Origin: Rhizobiaceae bacterium
Lineage (GTDB): Bacteria; Pseudomonadota; Alphaproteobacteria; Rhizobiales; Rhizobiaceae
Direction: 5' to 3'
Length of the DNA: 39,742 nt
Assembly: GCA_036479095.1 (NCBI GenBank)
Contig: JAZGFF010000029.1
Coordinates: 1-39,742 of the forward strand
The number at the start of each line of letters is the position of its first letter. Positions within the stretch are counted from its first letter, which is position 1. This document shows, piece by piece, positions 37,754 through 39,742 of the stretch. Both the position numbers and the translations under genes were made by a program. The notes below the pieces were generated by a model. That model was not told the origin of the DNA. It made no database searches and worked only from the letters and a program-made list of their open reading frames with translations.

Positions 37754-39742
37754 CTCTGTGCTCGTGCTTTTCAGAGCATAGAGTGCCTCCAACGCTTCTC
37801 GTGGGGTCAGCTCATCAGGTTGGATGGCCTTGAGTTTTTCTTCTAATTTGGAACCCTTGTTATCCTGTGAGAGTGATCGAACCGTGGTTGAAAAAAGCGG
37901 TAAATCATCAATCAAGGTACTCACGGGTCTTGCACGATTTTGACTTTCTAACTGCTCAAGAACCTCCCGGGCCCGGGTTACAACCATTTCAGGCAACCCA
38001 GCCAACCTTGCTACCTGAATGCCGTAGGAGCGGTCGGCACTTCCTTCGATGACCTCATGAAGAAATACCACATCTCCATCCCACTCTTTCACCTTCATGG
38101 TGACGTTTTCAAGCTTGTCTAGTTTGCCACTTAGGGCCGTTAATTCATGATAATGGGTAGCAAAAAGCGTACGGCAATGATTGACCTCATGGAGGTGTTC
38201 AATAGCCGCCCAGGCAATGGAGAGGCCATCAAATGTAGCAGTTCCCCGGCCAATCTCATCAAGGATTACCATGGAGCGCTTTCCTGCTTGATTTAAAATA
38301 GCTGCCGTCTCGACCATTTCTACCATAAATGTGGATCGACCACGGGCAAGATCATCAGCCGCGCCGACCCGTGAGAAAAGACGATCAACCAGGCCAATAT
38401 GCGCTGAACCCGCAGGGACGAATGATCCCATTTGGGCAAGGATTACAATCAAAGCATTCTGTCTTAGAAAGGTTGATTTACCCCCCATATTGGGGCCGGT
38501 AAGAAGCCATATTTTCCCCGCTTGCTCACCCCCTAAATGACAATCATTGGCGACGAACGGGTTGGCAGCTTGTTTTCGCAAACTGAGTTCAACGATCGGA
38601 TGGCGTCCAGCGACGATATCAAAGGCCAGAGTATCATCAATTTTTGGCCGCGTATAACCTTGTTCCTCAGCCAAGGTTGCAAGGGCGCAACCCACATCTA
38701 GTTCTGCAATTGCCCCCGCAACCGCCTGAATGCTCGGCCCTTTTTCAATCACTGCTGCTTGTAGTTTTGCAAAATGTCCCAACTCTAATTGCAACGATTT
38801 TCCTGCTGCATTAGCAATTTGGCTTTCCAGTTCAGCCAGCTCAGTGGTGGTGAAGCGCATGGCATTGGCCATGGTTTGACGATGGATAAAGCGATCTTTG
38901 TTTGCTTGTAGTGGCTCAGCATTTAGGGCGGTAGCTTCGATAAAATAACCAAGAACATTGTTATGTTTGATTTTAAGATTTTTGACTTTCGTCTCATCAG
39001 CATAACTTGCTTGTAAACCAGCTATAATTTTTCGACTCTCGTTACTCAAACTGCGAAGCTTATCTAGCTCAGGATCGAAACCTGTTTTGATAAAACCACC
39101 ATCACGCATCAACAAAGGCAATTCATCAGCCAATGCATCAGCCAAAAATTGCGTTAATTTTTCTGGAGCAGCTTTAAGTGTATCAAGGTTTGTGTGGCTA
39201 ATTGCCGATAGGGCAGGCGCATTAGATTGCAAAATATTGACAATATCAAAGGCTGTCTTAAGCCCTAAGTAGATCGCGTTTAAATCCCGTGGCCCACCAC
39301 GATTCAGGGATAGGCGCTGCAAGGACCGAGGCATGTCTGCCATTCCCTTGATCAACTTCCGCAATTGGTTGCGTTGGCTTGCTGCGGCCAACCAAATGGC
39401 GACATCTTCGTGGCGCCCCCTAATCGTTTCGACCACCGTTAGAGGGTTCATCAATCTTTCAGCCAACAACCGCGCCCCTCCGCCTGAAACTGTGCGATCG
39501 ATCGTGCGTAACAATGACCCCTCACTTCTACCGCTTAAGGTTTGAGTGAGCTCTAAATTAGCTCGGGTTGCGGCATCGATATACATGACCCGTGCGCTTT
39601 CCTCTTGCTCTGGGCGATTAAGCATCGGGCGTTCAGAAATTTGAGTTTTTTCAATATAGGCAATCACCGCATTAGCGGCGGCCAATTCGGCACGGGAAAA
39701 GTTGCCAAAACCATCGAGGGTTGAGACACCATAAAACCGCTG
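37751..39742 (-). CDS. mutS: DNA mismatch repair protein MutS (5' end outside the window)
   Basis: [48 protein letters not shown]. The frame stays open to 39742 ([23 protein letters not shown]). Confidence 0.97.
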   Translation of the reverse strand, partial: QRFYGVSTLDGFGNFSRAELAAANAVIAYIEKTQISERPMLNRPEQEESARVMYIDAATRANLELTQTLSGRSEGSLLRTIDRTVSGGGARLLAERLMNPLTVVETIRGRHEDVAIWLAAASQRNQLRKLIKGMADMPRSLQRLSLNRGGPRDLNAIYLGLKTAFDIVNILQSNAPALSAISHTNLDTLKAAPEKLTQFLADALADELPLLMRDGGFIKTGFDPELDKLRSLSNESRKIIAGLQASYADETKVKNLKIKHNNVLGYFIEATALNAEPLQANKDRFIHRQTMANAMRFTTTELAELESQIANAAGKSLQLELGHFAKLQAAVIEKGPSIQAVAGAIAELDVGCALATLAEEQGYTRPKIDDTLAFDIVAGRHPIVELSLRKQAANPFVANDCHLGGEQAGKIWLLTGPNMGGKSTFLRQNALIVILAQMGSFVPAGSAHIGLVDRLFSRVGAADDLARGRSTFMVEMVETAAILNQAGKRSMVILDEIGRGTATFDGLSIAWAAIEHLHEVNHCRTLFATHYHELTALSGKLDKLENVTMKVKEWDGDVVFLHEVIEGSADRSYGIQVARLAGLPEMVVTRAREVLEQLESQNRARPVSTLIDDLPLFSTTVRSLSQDNKGSKLEEKLKAIQPDELTPREALEALYALKSTSTE

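Noticed and set aside
168-39545. Numerous 60-167 aa antisense or alternate-frame ORFs (e.g. 7093-7596, 13620-14033, 17655-18092, 23116-23562, 23563-24030)
   Set aside because: They shadow well-supported conserved genes and have the Ser/Pro/Arg-rich composition typical of off-frame translations.
1-39742. CRISPR arrays, tRNA/rRNA genes, IS/integrase/phage or defence genes
   Set aside because: No periodic repeats, cloverleaf or rRNA signatures, or matching ORFs seen. Nearly all sequence is accounted for by housekeeping CDSs.

Overview
This is a gene-dense core-genome segment (about 46-47% GC by eye) of an alphaproteobacterium, most likely a low-GC Rhizobiaceae/Phyllobacteriaceae-like member of the Hyphomicrobiales. 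It holds 38 recognisable CDSs: a nucleoside-type ABC permease (partial) and ATPase, fzlA-queG, uppP, a hydantoinase/oxoprolinase, galE, a Cada2/Ada-like regulator, DUF2244, nth, gshB, an EamA exporter, slyX, rph-rdgB-hemW, hrcA-orphan-grpE, form II coxSLM-like Mo-hydroxylase genes, a PHA-system protein, dgcA-like and dat genes, glnD-murJ-trpS-usp-nfuA-tsaB-rimI-fur-acyltransferase, a CysZ/EI24 protein, a PfkB kinase and mutS (partial). I saw no tRNA, rRNA, CRISPR array, transposase or phage gene. The best candidate for something undescribed is a 530-bp non-coding, hairpin-dense element between slyX and hemW (14903-15432), possibly a structured ncRNA or non-autonomous repeat. Other points of interest are a Cada2-type box upstream of the Ada-like gene, a bidirectional leaderless-type promoter between DUF2244 and nth, an Irr ICE box overlapping an RpoH promoter at nfuA, an orphan tail-anchored protein between hrcA and grpE, and several normally contiguous gene blocks that are split here. 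All calls come from motif recognition by eye; no searches were run.
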